Below are positions 47,595 to 57,651 of a stretch of 64,000 nucleotides of DNA, one piece after another. This DNA is from Parvularcula sp. BBD 1991-13 (GTDB lineage: Bacteria; Pseudomonadota; Alphaproteobacteria; Caulobacterales; Parvularculaceae): positions 32,394-96,393 of the forward strand of contig LYSZ01000010.1 in assembly GCA_001657385.1 (NCBI GenBank), given 5' to 3'. Both the position numbers and the translations under genes were made by a program. Every line of letters begins with the position of its first letter. Position 1 is the first letter of the stretch. The notes beneath the pieces were generated by a model, which made no database searches, was not told the DNA's origin, and saw nothing but the letters and a program-made list of their open reading frames with translations.

Positions 47595-50500
47595 CTATAG
47601 CATACGCTCGAAAGCGTGATCGAGCATATCTTTCGGCACTTCGGCAAGGCGCGCCGCGTAGGTCCATAACAGCGCGCAGCGGATCTCATGATCGGGATAG
47701 ATTTCCTGAAGCAGCGCGCGATACGCCGCCAGTTGCGCGATATAGGCCGGGTTCGCGCGGCGGATGTCGTCCGGGGGCGGGCGGTTGGTTTTGTAATCCA
47801 CGATCAGCACCTCGCGCGCGGAAACGGCCAGGCGGTCGATCTGGCCTGAAATCCGCACATTTTCCGGCGCGCCTCGCGGCCTGCCCGCCACGGCGACTTC
47901 GGCCCGGGAGCCGGGGGCGAAGACCGCCGCGAAGGCCGGCTCGGCAAGGACCGTCATGACTTCCTCGCGCCAGGCCGCGCGTTCGCCGGAAGGCAGATCG
48001 CCCGCCAGCGCGCCGAGCAGCCGGTCGGCGGCGGCGCGCCGCGCGTCCGGCGCGATGTCCGGCAGAAGCTCCAGCAGGCGATGCAGCGTGCGTCCGCGGA
48101 AATAACGGTCGCGGGCGAGCGTCGGCGGATAAACCGGTTCGCCGGCCGCGGCGTCATCGCGGTCGCCGTCGGGGCCGTCCGCCCCGCCCTCGCGCCGGGG
48201 GCTTGCGTCGCTTTCGCCGACAAGCCGCGAGGGAACGATCCGCCTGGGGCCGGCTTCCGGCGCCGCCGGTTCGAAAAGCCATGGCGGGGGCGCGGCCGCC
48301 GGCGCCTCCTGAGCAGCCCCGGCGGCGAACTGGCCGGCAGACTGGTCAGCGGACTGGCCGGCGGACTGGTCTGCGGTTTGGGCGGCGGCGGTCTGGCGGC
48401 TTGAGAGCCGGCGCAGCGGCGCGCCGCCGCTCGGCCAGAACGCATCCCGGCCTTCCTCCACCGCGTCGGCGAGGCGATCGAAAGCGTCCTGCGCCAGGGC
48501 GTGCCATGACTTGACGGCGACGTCCTTGTCCCGCGCGTCGCCCTTGCGCCCGTCCTCGACGCCGCAAATATACAGCCGGTCGCGCGCGCGGGTCGCGGCG
48601 ACGTAGAAAAGCCGGCGGTATTCCTCGTAGTCCCGGCGTTTTTTCTCCGCCCGGGCTTCATCCGTACGCGGTGTATCGCGCCCGGCGGCGCCGGCCAGCA
48701 CGCTTAACGGCGCGCGTAAAGGCGCGTCGTCGCCCGCGCTCGCGGAAAGCTTGAGCACGCCGTCGGAGACCTGGCGCGGCGTGCGGTGGGCGTCGATCAG
48801 GAAGACGATATTCGCCTCCAGCCCCTTGGCGCCGTGGGTCGTCATTACGCGGACGGCGTCCGTCGCCTGCTCCATCTCCCGTTTGATGTCGCCGGCGTTC
48901 GCCTCGAACCAGGAGAGAAAGCTGCGCAGGCTGCGCGGGCGGCTGTTCTCGTAATGCAGCGCCTGGCGCAGGAGTTCGTCGACGCCGTCGCGGGCCGCTT
49001 CGCCCAGCCGTCCGTGAAACCGTTTGCGTCCGGATCGTTTGCCGTCGGATTCGAGGATATGACAGAAGAACGAATACGGCCCTTCATTCCGGCCTGTCGA
49101 CCGGGCGGCGGCGATTTCCTCGCCGGCGCGCGCCCAGCGGGGGTTTTCCCCCGCGCGCGCCCGCAGCGCCGACCACAGGCTCTGGCCCGGCGCGCGCGGA
49201 TGGGCGAGGGGGAACAGGTCCGTATCGTCGTCAAAGCCGAAAAGCGGGCTTTTCAACACCTCCGCCAGGGACAGGTCGTCATTTTCGTAGAGCGCCGTCC
49301 TGGCGTAGGACAACAGGTCTTCGACGGCCGGATCCTCAAGCAGGCGCAGGCGGTCCGCGCCGGCGACCGGCACGCCCGCGGCGGCGAGGCGGCGGATGAC
49401 CTCCTCGAACAGCGCGCCGCGGCTCTGTACAAGGATCATCACGTCGCCCGGCGCGATCGCACGCGCGCGGGACTCCAAAACGGCGCCGGCGTCGATCCAG
49501 CCGCCGATGATCGATGCGATGCGCGCGCTCAGGGCCTTGACCGGATGATCCTCGGCGGGGGCGTCTACCGGCGCGTCCCAAGGGTTCGGTTTTTCCGTAT
49601 CGGGACGGGGCGCCAGCGGCCACAATTCGACCAGCCCCGCCTCTCCCTCGCGCTGGACGCCGTGGGCCGGGATCGGATAATCGCCGAGCCCCTCGGCGGC
49701 GGCGCGGTCGTTGAATGTTTCATCGACGAAGCGCAGCACCGGCGCGGCGGTGCGGAACGACAAGGTCAGCGGCACGTTGTCGTAAGGCGCGACCGCGCCA
49801 AGCCGCTTGCCGAGGTCCAGTTCCTTCTCGCGGAACAGCGCGACGTCCGCGCCCTGGAACGAATAGATCGACTGTTTCATGTCGCCGACCGCGAAGAAGC
49901 TGCGCGCCTCGGCGCGCGCGCCGGCGCCGCTCAGATAATCCGCGAACAGCGCTTCGATGACCGCCCACTGGGCGGGGCTCGTATCCTGCGCTTCGTCGAT
50001 CAGGATATGATCGACGCCGTAGTCCAGTTTGTACATGACCCAGGCATTATCTGTATGCTGAAATAGCGTCAGCGCCCGCGCGATCAGGTCGTCGAAATCG
50101 AGGGCGGCGCGGGCCGCCTTGGCGGCGGCGTAGCGGGTGATCGCCGCGTCGGTCAGGCGATAATAGGCGGCGCTGTCGTGGAAGATGTCCAGCGCACGCA
50201 CGGCGCCGGCCGCCTCGGCGAACGCGCCCTGCATCCGGTCGAGCCTGTCCCGCGCCGCCGGATCGGCCTTGTCCGTCGCCTTGGTGGCGATTTTGTCGCG
50301 CGGTTTGCCGGCGGCGGTCAGGAACAGCTTTTCAAGCGCCGCCCACTGATCGTCCGTCGCGTCGGCGTCGAGAAAGGTCTGAATGTGCGCGGCGAGCTTG
50401 GCGGGATTGCCGCCGGATTGATGCAGCGCTTCGTAACAGCGCTCCAGGTCGTGACGCGGCAGCGCCGCGAGAAACGACCGCCGCGCCGCCTCGGCGGTCG

Positions 50501-51209
50501 TTTCCGGATCGACGCCGAGCGCTTCGGCCAACGCGCCGCAAACGCCGCGCACATCGCCGCCATGGGCGCGCAGCGCGGTTTCGAACTCCAGCCGGGCCGC
50601 CGCCCCGCCGCGCAGGAGATCGCGCAGTTGCCGTTCGTTTCGCGCGCGCCCGAGCCGGCGCAAGTCAGCGCCGAGACTGTCGTCATAGAGCGCATTGCGG
50701 GCGAGATCGTTCAGCGCGTCGCCCGCCAGCCGCCGCGCCTCCGCGTCCTCAAGGACGGTAAAGCCCGGCGGCGCCCCCGCCTCGATCGGAAAGCGCCGAA
50801 GCGCGCTTTCGCAGAACGAGTGGATGGTCTGGATTTTCAGCCCGCCCGGCGTCTCCAGGGCGCGCGCGAACAGCCGACGGGCGTTCGCAAGCTCCGCGGC
50901 CCCGCGCGGGGCCGCGCCGGGGCCTTCCAGCGCAGCGAGCGCCGCGTTGAGACGGTCGTCGTCGAAAAGCGCCCAGGCGCCGAGAACGTTGAACAGCCGC
51001 TCCGCCATTTCCGCCGCCGCGGCTTTCGTGAAGGTGATGCAGAGGATCTTTTCCGGCGCCGCGCCCGCCAGCAGCAGCCGCGCCACGCGATTGGTCAGGA
51101 CACGGGTTTTCCCCGAGCCTGCGTTCGCCATGACGAACGCGGACCGTCCGGGGGTCGCCGCCTTGCGCTGGTTGCGGGTGGTCTCGTCGAGGAGCGACGG
51201 CGCGGTCAT
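47595..51209 (-). CDS. addA: Double-strand break repair helicase-nuclease AddA
   Basis: ANAGSGKT, TFTKAAA, IDEAQDT, VGDMKQSIY, HGAKGLE, GQIDRL..DYKT. Confidence 0.96.
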   Translation of the reverse strand: MTAPSLLDETTRNQRKAATPGRSAFVMANAGSGKTRVLTNRVARLLLAGAAPEKILCITFTKAAAAEMAERLFNVLGAWALFDDDRLNAALAALEGPGAAPRGAAELANARRLFARALETPGGLKIQTIHSFCESALRRFPIEAGAPPGFTVLEDAEARRLAGDALNDLARNALYDDSLGADLRRLGRARNERQLRDLLRGGAAARLEFETALRAHGGDVRGVCGALAEALGVDPETTAEAARRSFLAALPRHDLERCYEALHQSGGNPAKLAAHIQTFLDADATDDQWAALEKLFLTAAGKPRDKIATKATDKADPAARDRLDRMQGAFAEAAGAVRALDIFHDSAAYYRLTDAAITRYAAAKAARAALDFDDLIARALTLFQHTDNAWVMYKLDYGVDHILIDEAQDTSPAQWAVIEALFADYLSGAGARAEARSFFAVGDMKQSIYSFQGADVALFREKELDLGKRLGAVAPYDNVPLTLSFRTAAPVLRFVDETFNDRAAAEGLGDYPIPAHGVQREGEAGLVELWPLAPRPDTEKPNPWDAPVDAPAEDHPVKALSARIASIIGGWIDAGAVLESRARAIAPGDVMILVQSRGALFEEVIRRLAAAGVPVAGADRLRLLEDPAVEDLLSYARTALYENDDLSLAEVLKSPLFGFDDDTDLFPLAHPRAPGQSLWSALRARAGENPRWARAGEEIAAARSTGRNEGPYSFFCHILESDGKRSGRKRFHGRLGEAARDGVDELLRQALHYENSRPRSLRSFLSWFEANAGDIKREMEQATDAVRVMTTHGAKGLEANIVFLIDAHRTPRQVSDGVLKLSASAGDDAPLRAPLSVLAGAAGRDTPRTDEARAEKKRRDYEEYRRLFYVAATRARDRLYICGVEDGRKGDARDKDVAVKSWHALAQDAFDRLADAVEEGRDAFWPSGGAPLRRLSSRQTAAAQTADQSAGQSADQSAGQFAAGAAQEAPAAAPPPWLFEPAAPEAGPRRIVPSRLVGESDASPRREGGADGPDGDRDDAAAGEPVYPPTLARDRYFRGRTLHRLLELLPDIAPDARRAAADRLLGALAGDLPSGERAAWREEVMTVLAEPAFAAVFAPGSRAEVAVAGRPRGAPENVRISGQIDRLAVSAREVLIVDYKTNRPPPDDIRRANPAYIAQLAAYRALLQEIYPDHEIRCALLWTYAARLAEVPKDMLDHAFERML
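48329..48376 (+). repeat. 4 x 12-bp in-frame repeat in the AddA linker (DQSAGQSADQSAGQ)
   Basis: ACTGG(C/T)C.GC.G units at 48329, 48341, 48353, 48365. Confidence 0.8.
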
Positions 51210-54200
51210 GGGCCGGCCCCCTCGGCTGTCTCGCCTTGTGCATTGCGCTCGCGGCGCCGCGCAAGATGGTCGTAGTCCCCATAGGCGTCCATGAATTGCG
51301 GGCGCGGCTGGGAAAGGTAGGGCGTGGACGGATCGTTAAAGTGACGCAGCAGGGCGATCAGCCCTTCATGCGCCTCCCGCGCAAGCGCCTCGGCTTTTGC
51401 GCCCTGCGCGCCGACCGTGTCCGCCGCGGCGTTGCCGCGACCGATCACGCGCACATAGTCGAAGCCGGCGACCGTGACCGGGCCCAGCGCCGCGAAGCCG
51501 CCGCGCGCGGCGATGATCGCGGTCAGAGGCAGTTGCGGGCTGAATGTCGCCTGTTGTTTCAGGCTCGGCGGCGCGCCGGTCTTGTAGTCGATGATCTGCG
51601 CCGTTCCGTCATGGAGCCGGTCGATCCGGTCGGCCCGCGCGGACAGGCGGAAGTCGCGCCCGTCAAGGGTGAAATCCCAGGCGCCTTCGCCCTCGATGAC
51701 GGCCGGCGCGCCGCGCGCGCTGCGTTCGGCGTCCCAGGCGGCGAGCCAGTCCAGCGCCGCCTCGATGCGGCTCGACCAGAAGGCGCGGTGATCCGCGGTC
51801 AGACCGTAGTCTTCCGCATGCGCATCGACAAGCCGCGCCAGGGCGGCGACCCTTTCCTTGTGGGTTTGCGGCGGCGCGGCCTGCGCGTAGTCCTGGAGCG
51901 CCCGGTGGAAGAGCTCCCCCGCCTGGCGCGCGCCGAACGGATCGTCCAGAATGTCGAGTTTTTTCAGCCGCAGAACGGCGCGGGCGTAAATGGCGTAAGG
52001 GTCGCGCATCAGCTTTTCGATGCGGGTGACGAAAAACGCCGCCGGGCGCGCCTCGACCGGCGGGCGCGGGCGGGGCGCCGGCGCGGGCGCGACCTTCGCC
52101 GGCGCATCGAGACGGCGCGCGAGGCCTTCGCACCACGGCCCGCGCTCGACGCCGGACAGCGCGTCGGCGCCTTTCAGGATGTTCTTGAGCCTGACGATCC
52201 AGCGCGAGGGTTTGGCGGGCTTGCCCCCGGCGCGGGCCGCGCGGGTCAGCATCAGCCGCGGCGCGGCGGCGAGCTGCATGAAGTCATGCGCGGCGAGACC
52301 GATCCGCCGTTCGGGCGAGGGCAGGCCGAGATCTCTTCGCATTGGCCGCGACAGGAACGGATCGATCGCCGCGTCCCGCGGCCAGACCCCTTCGTTGAGC
52401 CCGCCGAGGATGACCGTGTCCGCGGTTTGCAGCCGCGCCTCCAGGGGGCCGAGGATCGACAGCCGCGGATGGCCGCGGTCGCGGCGGCGCACGCTCGCGC
52501 CGGCGATCAGACGGGCGAATATCGCCGGGTAATCGCGCGCGCGGTCATGTGCGATATGGTCGAGCCCGTCCCGCAACTGCGCCAGCAGCGCCGCCCCCGT
52601 TTCCCCGTCGGGACCCCGCCACAGCCGTCCGGGCGCGTCCCCGGCGGTTTCGGCGAGACGCTCGCTGATCTCAAGATGCGCGTCGAGCCGCGAGGCGAAG
52701 GCCGCGTCCGCTTTCGGCCACCGCCCGGCCGCCGCGGCGATCTGTGCAAAGAGTTCCTCGCCTTCCTCCGCAAAGGCCGGGTCTTCCGCCAGTTTGCGCC
52801 GCAGCCCGTCGACGCCGGGCCGCGGACGGAGCCCGCGCAAGGCCCGGTCGAACGCCAGCGTCGCCTTGCGGCGCGCTCCCGGCGCCATGGCGCCGCCGAA
52901 CAGAGGATGGTCGAGCATCGCCATCAGGGCGACCGGATCGGCGATATCGGCGAGCCAGGCGGCGGTCAGGCGCAAAAACGTTCCGCATGGTGAATTTGAG
53001 AACGGAACGCCGCCGGAATCGTCCACCGAAATCCCCCAGCGGCGCATTTTCGCCGAGACCCGGCGGGCGAGGTCCCGGTCGGGGGTCACGAGCATGGCCG
53101 TCCCGCCGCCGCTTTGCGCGGTTTCGCGCAGTTTCAACGCAATGGCCGCGGCTTCAAGCTCCTCGTCAGGCGCTTCCACGAGTTCGACCCCCTCAAGCGC
53201 GCGGGCGAGCGTTTCGGGATGGGCGCGCGCGTCCTCGGCCCAGCCGCGCCAGTCGTCCGAGGCGTCGGCGGGACGAAGCGCCATGGTCAACAGACCGGTT
53301 CGCGCCGCGGCCCGCGCGTCTTGAGGCGGCGCGAGGAAGGCGACGTCGGACCGCGAAATGCTCAGGGTGGAGAGCAACTCCTTCAGCCCGCTCTGGGGGT
53401 GCGGTTCGTCCACCGCCGTCCAGACATGATCGGGCGCGCCCTGATCGAGCCCCGGCAGGATGACGGCGCCCCGCGGCAGGGCGGCGACGGTTTTCATCAT
53501 GCGCGCCACCGCCGGGGTCGATCCGGTGGTGCCGGCGATGATGACCGGCGTTTGCGGCGGCGCCCTGCGCCAGGCGGCGGCCTGCCGCTCGATCAGGGCG
53601 ATGCGCCGTTCCGCCGGATCCATCCGCCCGCGCGCGGCGAGATAGGCCGGCCAGGTCCGGGTGACGATCGAGAGAAAGTCCAGATTGCGCCGCCAGTGAT
53701 CCGCGAGCGCGTCCGGCGCCAGGGTTTCGAAGCGGGTGAAGTCTATTTCTTCCGTATAAAGCGAATCCAGCAGCTTGCCCAGCTCGTCCGCCGCGGCGAC
53801 GGCGCCGGCCCAGTCCCGCTGGCCGTCGAAAAAGGCCTTGTCCTTTTCCGCCACCATACGCGCCAGCGCCAGGCGCCGCTCCGACGACGAAATGACGGGG
53901 GCGAGCGCCGCGCGCCCCTCGCCCCTTTCGCTGTCGCTCCCTTCGCTGACGCCCTCATCGCTGTAGACCGGCGCGCCGTCGAAGACGTCGAGCGCATCCT
54001 CCTCCGCATCGCCAAGGGCCCGGATCCGCGGCAACAGGCTTGCGCGTCCGTTCGGCGCCGTATCCACGAACGCATCCAGCAATCCGCGTACCGCGCGTCG
54101 CGTCGGCAGGTAGACAAGCGCGTCCGACAGGGCGACGGGATCGCCGCCGGCAGAATCGCGCAAGGCGGCTGCAAGCTCGCGCAAAAACGCCCGGCCCGGC

Positions 54201-54253
54201 GCGATGGTGAAGTAGCGCGGGGTCGCGCCCGAGAAGAGCGCCGGCGCCGTCAC
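51206..54253 (-). CDS. addB: Double-strand break repair protein AddB
   Basis: LPTRRA, GTTGSTP, VDDSGG, ILGPLEARL, ARADRID..DYKTG; GTG start overlapping murU stop. Confidence 0.94.
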   Translation of the reverse strand: MTAPALFSGATPRYFTIAPGRAFLRELAAALRDSAGGDPVALSDALVYLPTRRAVRGLLDAFVDTAPNGRASLLPRIRALGDAEEDALDVFDGAPVYSDEGVSEGSDSERGEGRAALAPVISSSERRLALARMVAEKDKAFFDGQRDWAGAVAAADELGKLLDSLYTEEIDFTRFETLAPDALADHWRRNLDFLSIVTRTWPAYLAARGRMDPAERRIALIERQAAAWRRAPPQTPVIIAGTTGSTPAVARMMKTVAALPRGAVILPGLDQGAPDHVWTAVDEPHPQSGLKELLSTLSISRSDVAFLAPPQDARAAARTGLLTMALRPADASDDWRGWAEDARAHPETLARALEGVELVEAPDEELEAAAIALKLRETAQSGGGTAMLVTPDRDLARRVSAKMRRWGISVDDSGGVPFSNSPCGTFLRLTAAWLADIADPVALMAMLDHPLFGGAMAPGARRKATLAFDRALRGLRPRPGVDGLRRKLAEDPAFAEEGEELFAQIAAAAGRWPKADAAFASRLDAHLEISERLAETAGDAPGRLWRGPDGETGAALLAQLRDGLDHIAHDRARDYPAIFARLIAGASVRRRDRGHPRLSILGPLEARLQTADTVILGGLNEGVWPRDAAIDPFLSRPMRRDLGLPSPERRIGLAAHDFMQLAAAPRLMLTRAARAGGKPAKPSRWIVRLKNILKGADALSGVERGPWCEGLARRLDAPAKVAPAPAPRPRPPVEARPAAFFVTRIEKLMRDPYAIYARAVLRLKKLDILDDPFGARQAGELFHRALQDYAQAAPPQTHKERVAALARLVDAHAEDYGLTADHRAFWSSRIEAALDWLAAWDAERSARGAPAVIEGEGAWDFTLDGRDFRLSARADRIDRLHDGTAQIIDYKTGAPPSLKQQATFSPQLPLTAIIAARGGFAALGPVTVAGFDYVRVIGRGNAAADTVGAQGAKAEALAREAHEGLIALLRHFNDPSTPYLSQPRPQFMDAYGDYDHLARRRERNAQGETAEGAGP

Positions 54254-54984
54254 GCGCGCCCGGCGAGGCGCCGTTCGGCCTCTTCCAGCCCCGCCGGATC
54301 GCCCACATGCAGCCAGAACCCGTCGATGACCGCGCCGTAAAGACGGCCGCGCGCGGCGGCCTTGTCCCACAGGAGCCGGGTCGAAAACGGGCCGTCCGGC
54401 CCTTCGGCGACAAGCGCCGGCGCGATGATCTGGAGGCCGGTGAACACATAAGGCGCGCGCGCGCCGGCGCGCAGCGCGATGCGGCCGTCCTTGTCCTGAT
54501 CAAAGTCGCCCTTGCCGGCATACCCGCTGGTCGCCTCGATCGGGATCAGGAGGAGAAGGGCGTCCATCGCCGCGCCGTCCCAGCGCTCGGCGAGGGCGCG
54601 GCAGCCCTCGCGCGCGCCGTCGACGAGAATGGCGTCGGTGTTGGCGCAGTAGAATGGCTTCGCGCCGAAATGCGGCAGCGCTTTTTTCAGGCCGCCGCCG
54701 GTCTCCAGCAGCGCGCCGCGTTCGTCGGAGATGACGATCCGCGGCGGCGCCGGGCGTTGCGCCAGATGCGCCTCCATCTGGTCGGCGCGGTAGTGCACGT
54801 TGACGACCGCTTGCGTCACGCCGGCTTGCGCGAACCGGTCGAGGGCGTAATCGATGAGCGTCTTGCCCGCGACCCGGATCAGCGGCTTGGGTGTTGCGTC
54901 CGTCAGCGGGCGCATCCGCGTGCCGAGGCCGGCGGCGAGCAGCATGGCCGCATCCGGGCCGGCGTCGCGCGCGGCGCCCATCAC
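54250..54984 (-). CDS. murU: Nucleotidyltransferase, MurU-like (MurNAc-1P uridylyltransferase)
   Basis: MLLAAGLGTRMRPLT..PKPL, LLETGGG, WLHVGDP; follows amgK. Confidence 0.85.
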   Translation of the reverse strand: MMGAARDAGPDAAMLLAAGLGTRMRPLTDATPKPLIRVAGKTLIDYALDRFAQAGVTQAVVNVHYRADQMEAHLAQRPAPPRIVISDERGALLETGGGLKKALPHFGAKPFYCANTDAILVDGAREGCRALAERWDGAAMDALLLLIPIEATSGYAGKGDFDQDKDGRIALRAGARAPYVFTGLQIIAPALVAEGPDGPFSTRLLWDKAAARGRLYGAVIDGFWLHVGDPAGLEEAERRLAGRA

Positions 54985-56063
54985 GCAAACTCCGGCAGGG
55001 CGCGGGCGAAAAACGCCTTCAGGGGCTCCATCCCGGGCCGGGCGAGGTCGCGGCGGAAATGGCCTTCCACCCGCGGCAGCCAGTCGAGATAGCGCGGTTT
55101 GCCGTCGCGCTCGGCGAGGCGCGCGAAAATGCCCAGGATCTTGGCGTTGCGCTGGGCGGCGAGGATGGCGTAGTCGCTCGCGAACGCTTCGGCGTCGAAC
55201 CCGCCGGTCCCGGCGGCGCGCTCGGCGTAATAGCGCAGCACCGCCTCGGCGAAGGCCGGCGCCACGTCGCGCCGCGCGTCTTCCAGCAGGGAGACGACGT
55301 CGTATGCGGATGATCCGTACAGCGCGTCCTGGAAGTCGATGACGCCGACGCGCCGGTATCCCTCGCGCCGGGAAAGCCAGAGAAGATTTTCCGCGTGGTA
55401 GTCGCGCATGACGAAGCTGTGCGGCGGCTGGAGGCGGGCGATGACCGTCTCCCAGCAGGCGGCGAGGTCGCTCCTTGCGCCGGCCGGCGCCGGCTCGCCC
55501 TTGCGCAGCGGCCAGTACCAGTCGACGAGGAGCGACGCCTCCGCCGCCAGCGCCGCCGCGTCATAGTCGAGCATGACATAATCGTCCGTGCACGGCGGTT
55601 CCGGCGCGGCCTCGCGCAGGGCGATCAGCGCGTCGACGGCGCTCCGGTAAAGGGTTTCCTCGTTGTCCGGCGCGGCGATCCGCGCGAAGAGGGCGTCGCC
55701 GAGATCCTCGATAAGGGCGAAGCCGGCGCGCGCATCGGCGGCGTAGATCTCCGGCGCGGACAGCCCGGCGCCGCGCAGCGCGCGCGCCAGCGTCGTGAAG
55801 GCGTCGAGATTGGGGCCGGCGAGGCGCGCCAGCGCGTTGTAGCCGAGGCGCGCGCGGTCCTGCGGGCTTGCGGCGGGCGGGCAGGCGGGCTCCTCCGCGC
55901 CGGGCGGCGCGATCATCAGCACCGCGACGGCGCCGTTCCTCTCCAGGCGCTCATAGCGGCGGGTCGAGGCGTCGCCCGCCAGGGGGCGGGCGACGGCGTC
56001 CGCCCATCCGGCCTCGGCCAGGAAGTCGGCGCGGTCGATCGTTCTTTCGCTCGGGTCGTGCAT
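54981..56063 (-). CDS. amgK: Aminoglycoside phosphotransferase-family kinase, AmgK-like
   Basis: LAGDASTRRYER, EDLGD, RDYHAENL, IDFQDA, RNAKILGIFARL. Confidence 0.85.
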   Translation of the reverse strand: MHDPSERTIDRADFLAEAGWADAVARPLAGDASTRRYERLERNGAVAVLMIAPPGAEEPACPPAASPQDRARLGYNALARLAGPNLDAFTTLARALRGAGLSAPEIYAADARAGFALIEDLGDALFARIAAPDNEETLYRSAVDALIALREAAPEPPCTDDYVMLDYDAAALAAEASLLVDWYWPLRKGEPAPAGARSDLAACWETVIARLQPPHSFVMRDYHAENLLWLSRREGYRRVGVIDFQDALYGSSAYDVVSLLEDARRDVAPAFAEAVLRYYAERAAGTGGFDAEAFASDYAILAAQRNAKILGIFARLAERDGKPRYLDWLPRVEGHFRRDLARPGMEPLKAFFARALPEFA

Positions 56064-56074
56064 TGCTTTTTCTT

Positions 56075-56533
56075 TTAGACGATTCCTGCGGCGTCGAGGC
56101 GCGCGGCCCAGCTTTCATTCGCCTTTATGGCTGCAATACGGCGATTGTCTTCGATTTCAAGGCGAAGCTGAAGCGCGTGCGCGGGGGCCAGCGCGCCGAT
56201 CCGCTCCGGCCATTCGATCAGCGCCGCGCCTTCCTCAAGAGCCTCTTCATAGCCCAGCTCCCAGACATCGTCCGGTTTTTCGAGGCGGTAAAAGTCGAAA
56301 TGCCAAAGGGTGACATCGCCGGCGTCGTAGGTTTCGACAAAGGTGAAGGTCGGGCTCGGCGCTTCGCGCGCCCCGGCGCGCGCGGCGATCAGCCCCCGCG
56401 CCAGGGTCGACTTGCCCGCGCCGAGATCGCCGGAGAGGCAGATCGCGTCGCCGGCGCTCAGCAAGGGCGCGAGGCGGGCCCCGAGCGCCCGCGTTTCACC
56501 TTCGTCCCTCAGATCGATGCTGATCTTCTTCAT
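56075..56533 (-). CDS. tsaE: tRNA threonylcarbamoyladenosine biosynthesis ATPase TsaE
   Basis: LSGDLGAGKST, SPTFT, HFDFYRL, LIEWPE. Confidence 0.95.
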   Translation of the reverse strand: MKKISIDLRDEGETRALGARLAPLLSAGDAICLSGDLGAGKSTLARGLIAARAGAREAPSPTFTFVETYDAGDVTLWHFDFYRLEKPDDVWELGYEEALEEGAALIEWPERIGALAPAHALQLRLEIEDNRRIAAIKANESWAARLDAAGIV

Positions 56534-56667
56534 CGCCTCAGTCCTAGCGGCTGTTGGTAAACGCAACCACAATTCATTCCCGGCTGTCCTTTTGACGCGG
56601 GCGTTCTTGCGGCGCATAAAAAGCTTGCTCCTGCGCGCGCAGCCCTTAAATCACGACAACTGGATAA

Positions 56668-57015
<348 letters not shown>

Positions 57016-57071
57016 GGGCCGACCCCGCCTGAAGGCGGGCGCGCCGGGCGCGCGATTTTCACCCACGCCGG

Positions 57072-57115
57072 TTGACCTCGCGTTGCTCCGGGTTTCAAAT
57101 GAACAAATGGAGAAC
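57072..57115 (+). promoter_or_regulatory. Promoter with alphaproteobacterial LexA (SOS) box GAAC-N7-GAAC
   Basis: TTGACC(57072)-17-TCAAAT(57095); GAACAAATGGAGAAC at 57101-57115. Confidence 0.75.
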
Positions 57116-57571
57116 GCAAAGGCGCTGCCTGACGCGGGCGACGACGCCGCAGCGCGGTTTCGTCCGCAGACGACGCTGTCCCTGACGCGGGGCGTCGCGC
57201 GCATGTTCGTCAACATGGGGCTGAGCCCGCTGGCCGAGTTCACCCTCGCCAATGGCCGTCGGGCCGACATCGCCGCCCTTGACCGGCGGGGGCGCGTCGT
57301 CATCGCGGAGGTGAAATCGTGCCGCGCCGATTTTGAGTCGGACGCCAAATGGCCCGATTATCTCGATTTCTGCGACCGGTTTTATTTCGCCGTCAGTCCC
57401 GAATTCCCGCAAGACATTCTGCCGCCGTCGGAAGGGTTGATCCTCGCCGACGCCTATGGCGCCATGATCGCCCGCGAGGCCGAGGCGCGCGCGCTCGCCC
57501 CGGCGCGGCGCAAGGCGGTGACGCTGCGGTTCGCGCGCCAGGCGGCGCTCAAAGCCCTGTCCGGCGCGTAG
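57107..57571 (+). CDS. mmcB: DNA repair putative endonuclease MmcB
   Basis: LANGRRADIAAL, EVKSCRADF..D.KWPDYLDFCDRFYFAV, LAPARRK; SOS box at start. Confidence 0.88.
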   Translation: MENAKALPDAGDDAAARFRPQTTLSLTRGVARMFVNMGLSPLAEFTLANGRRADIAALDRRGRVVIAEVKSCRADFESDAKWPDYLDFCDRFYFAVSPEFPQDILPPSEGLILADAYGAMIAREAEARALAPARRKAVTLRFARQAALKALSGA

Positions 57572-57651
57572 CCCCCCCGTAGCCCACCCTAGTCACCCTG
57601 ACCCGGCCCGGATCGCCGTTGCTTTCCGCGCTTGTTTCCGCGCTTGGCGCC

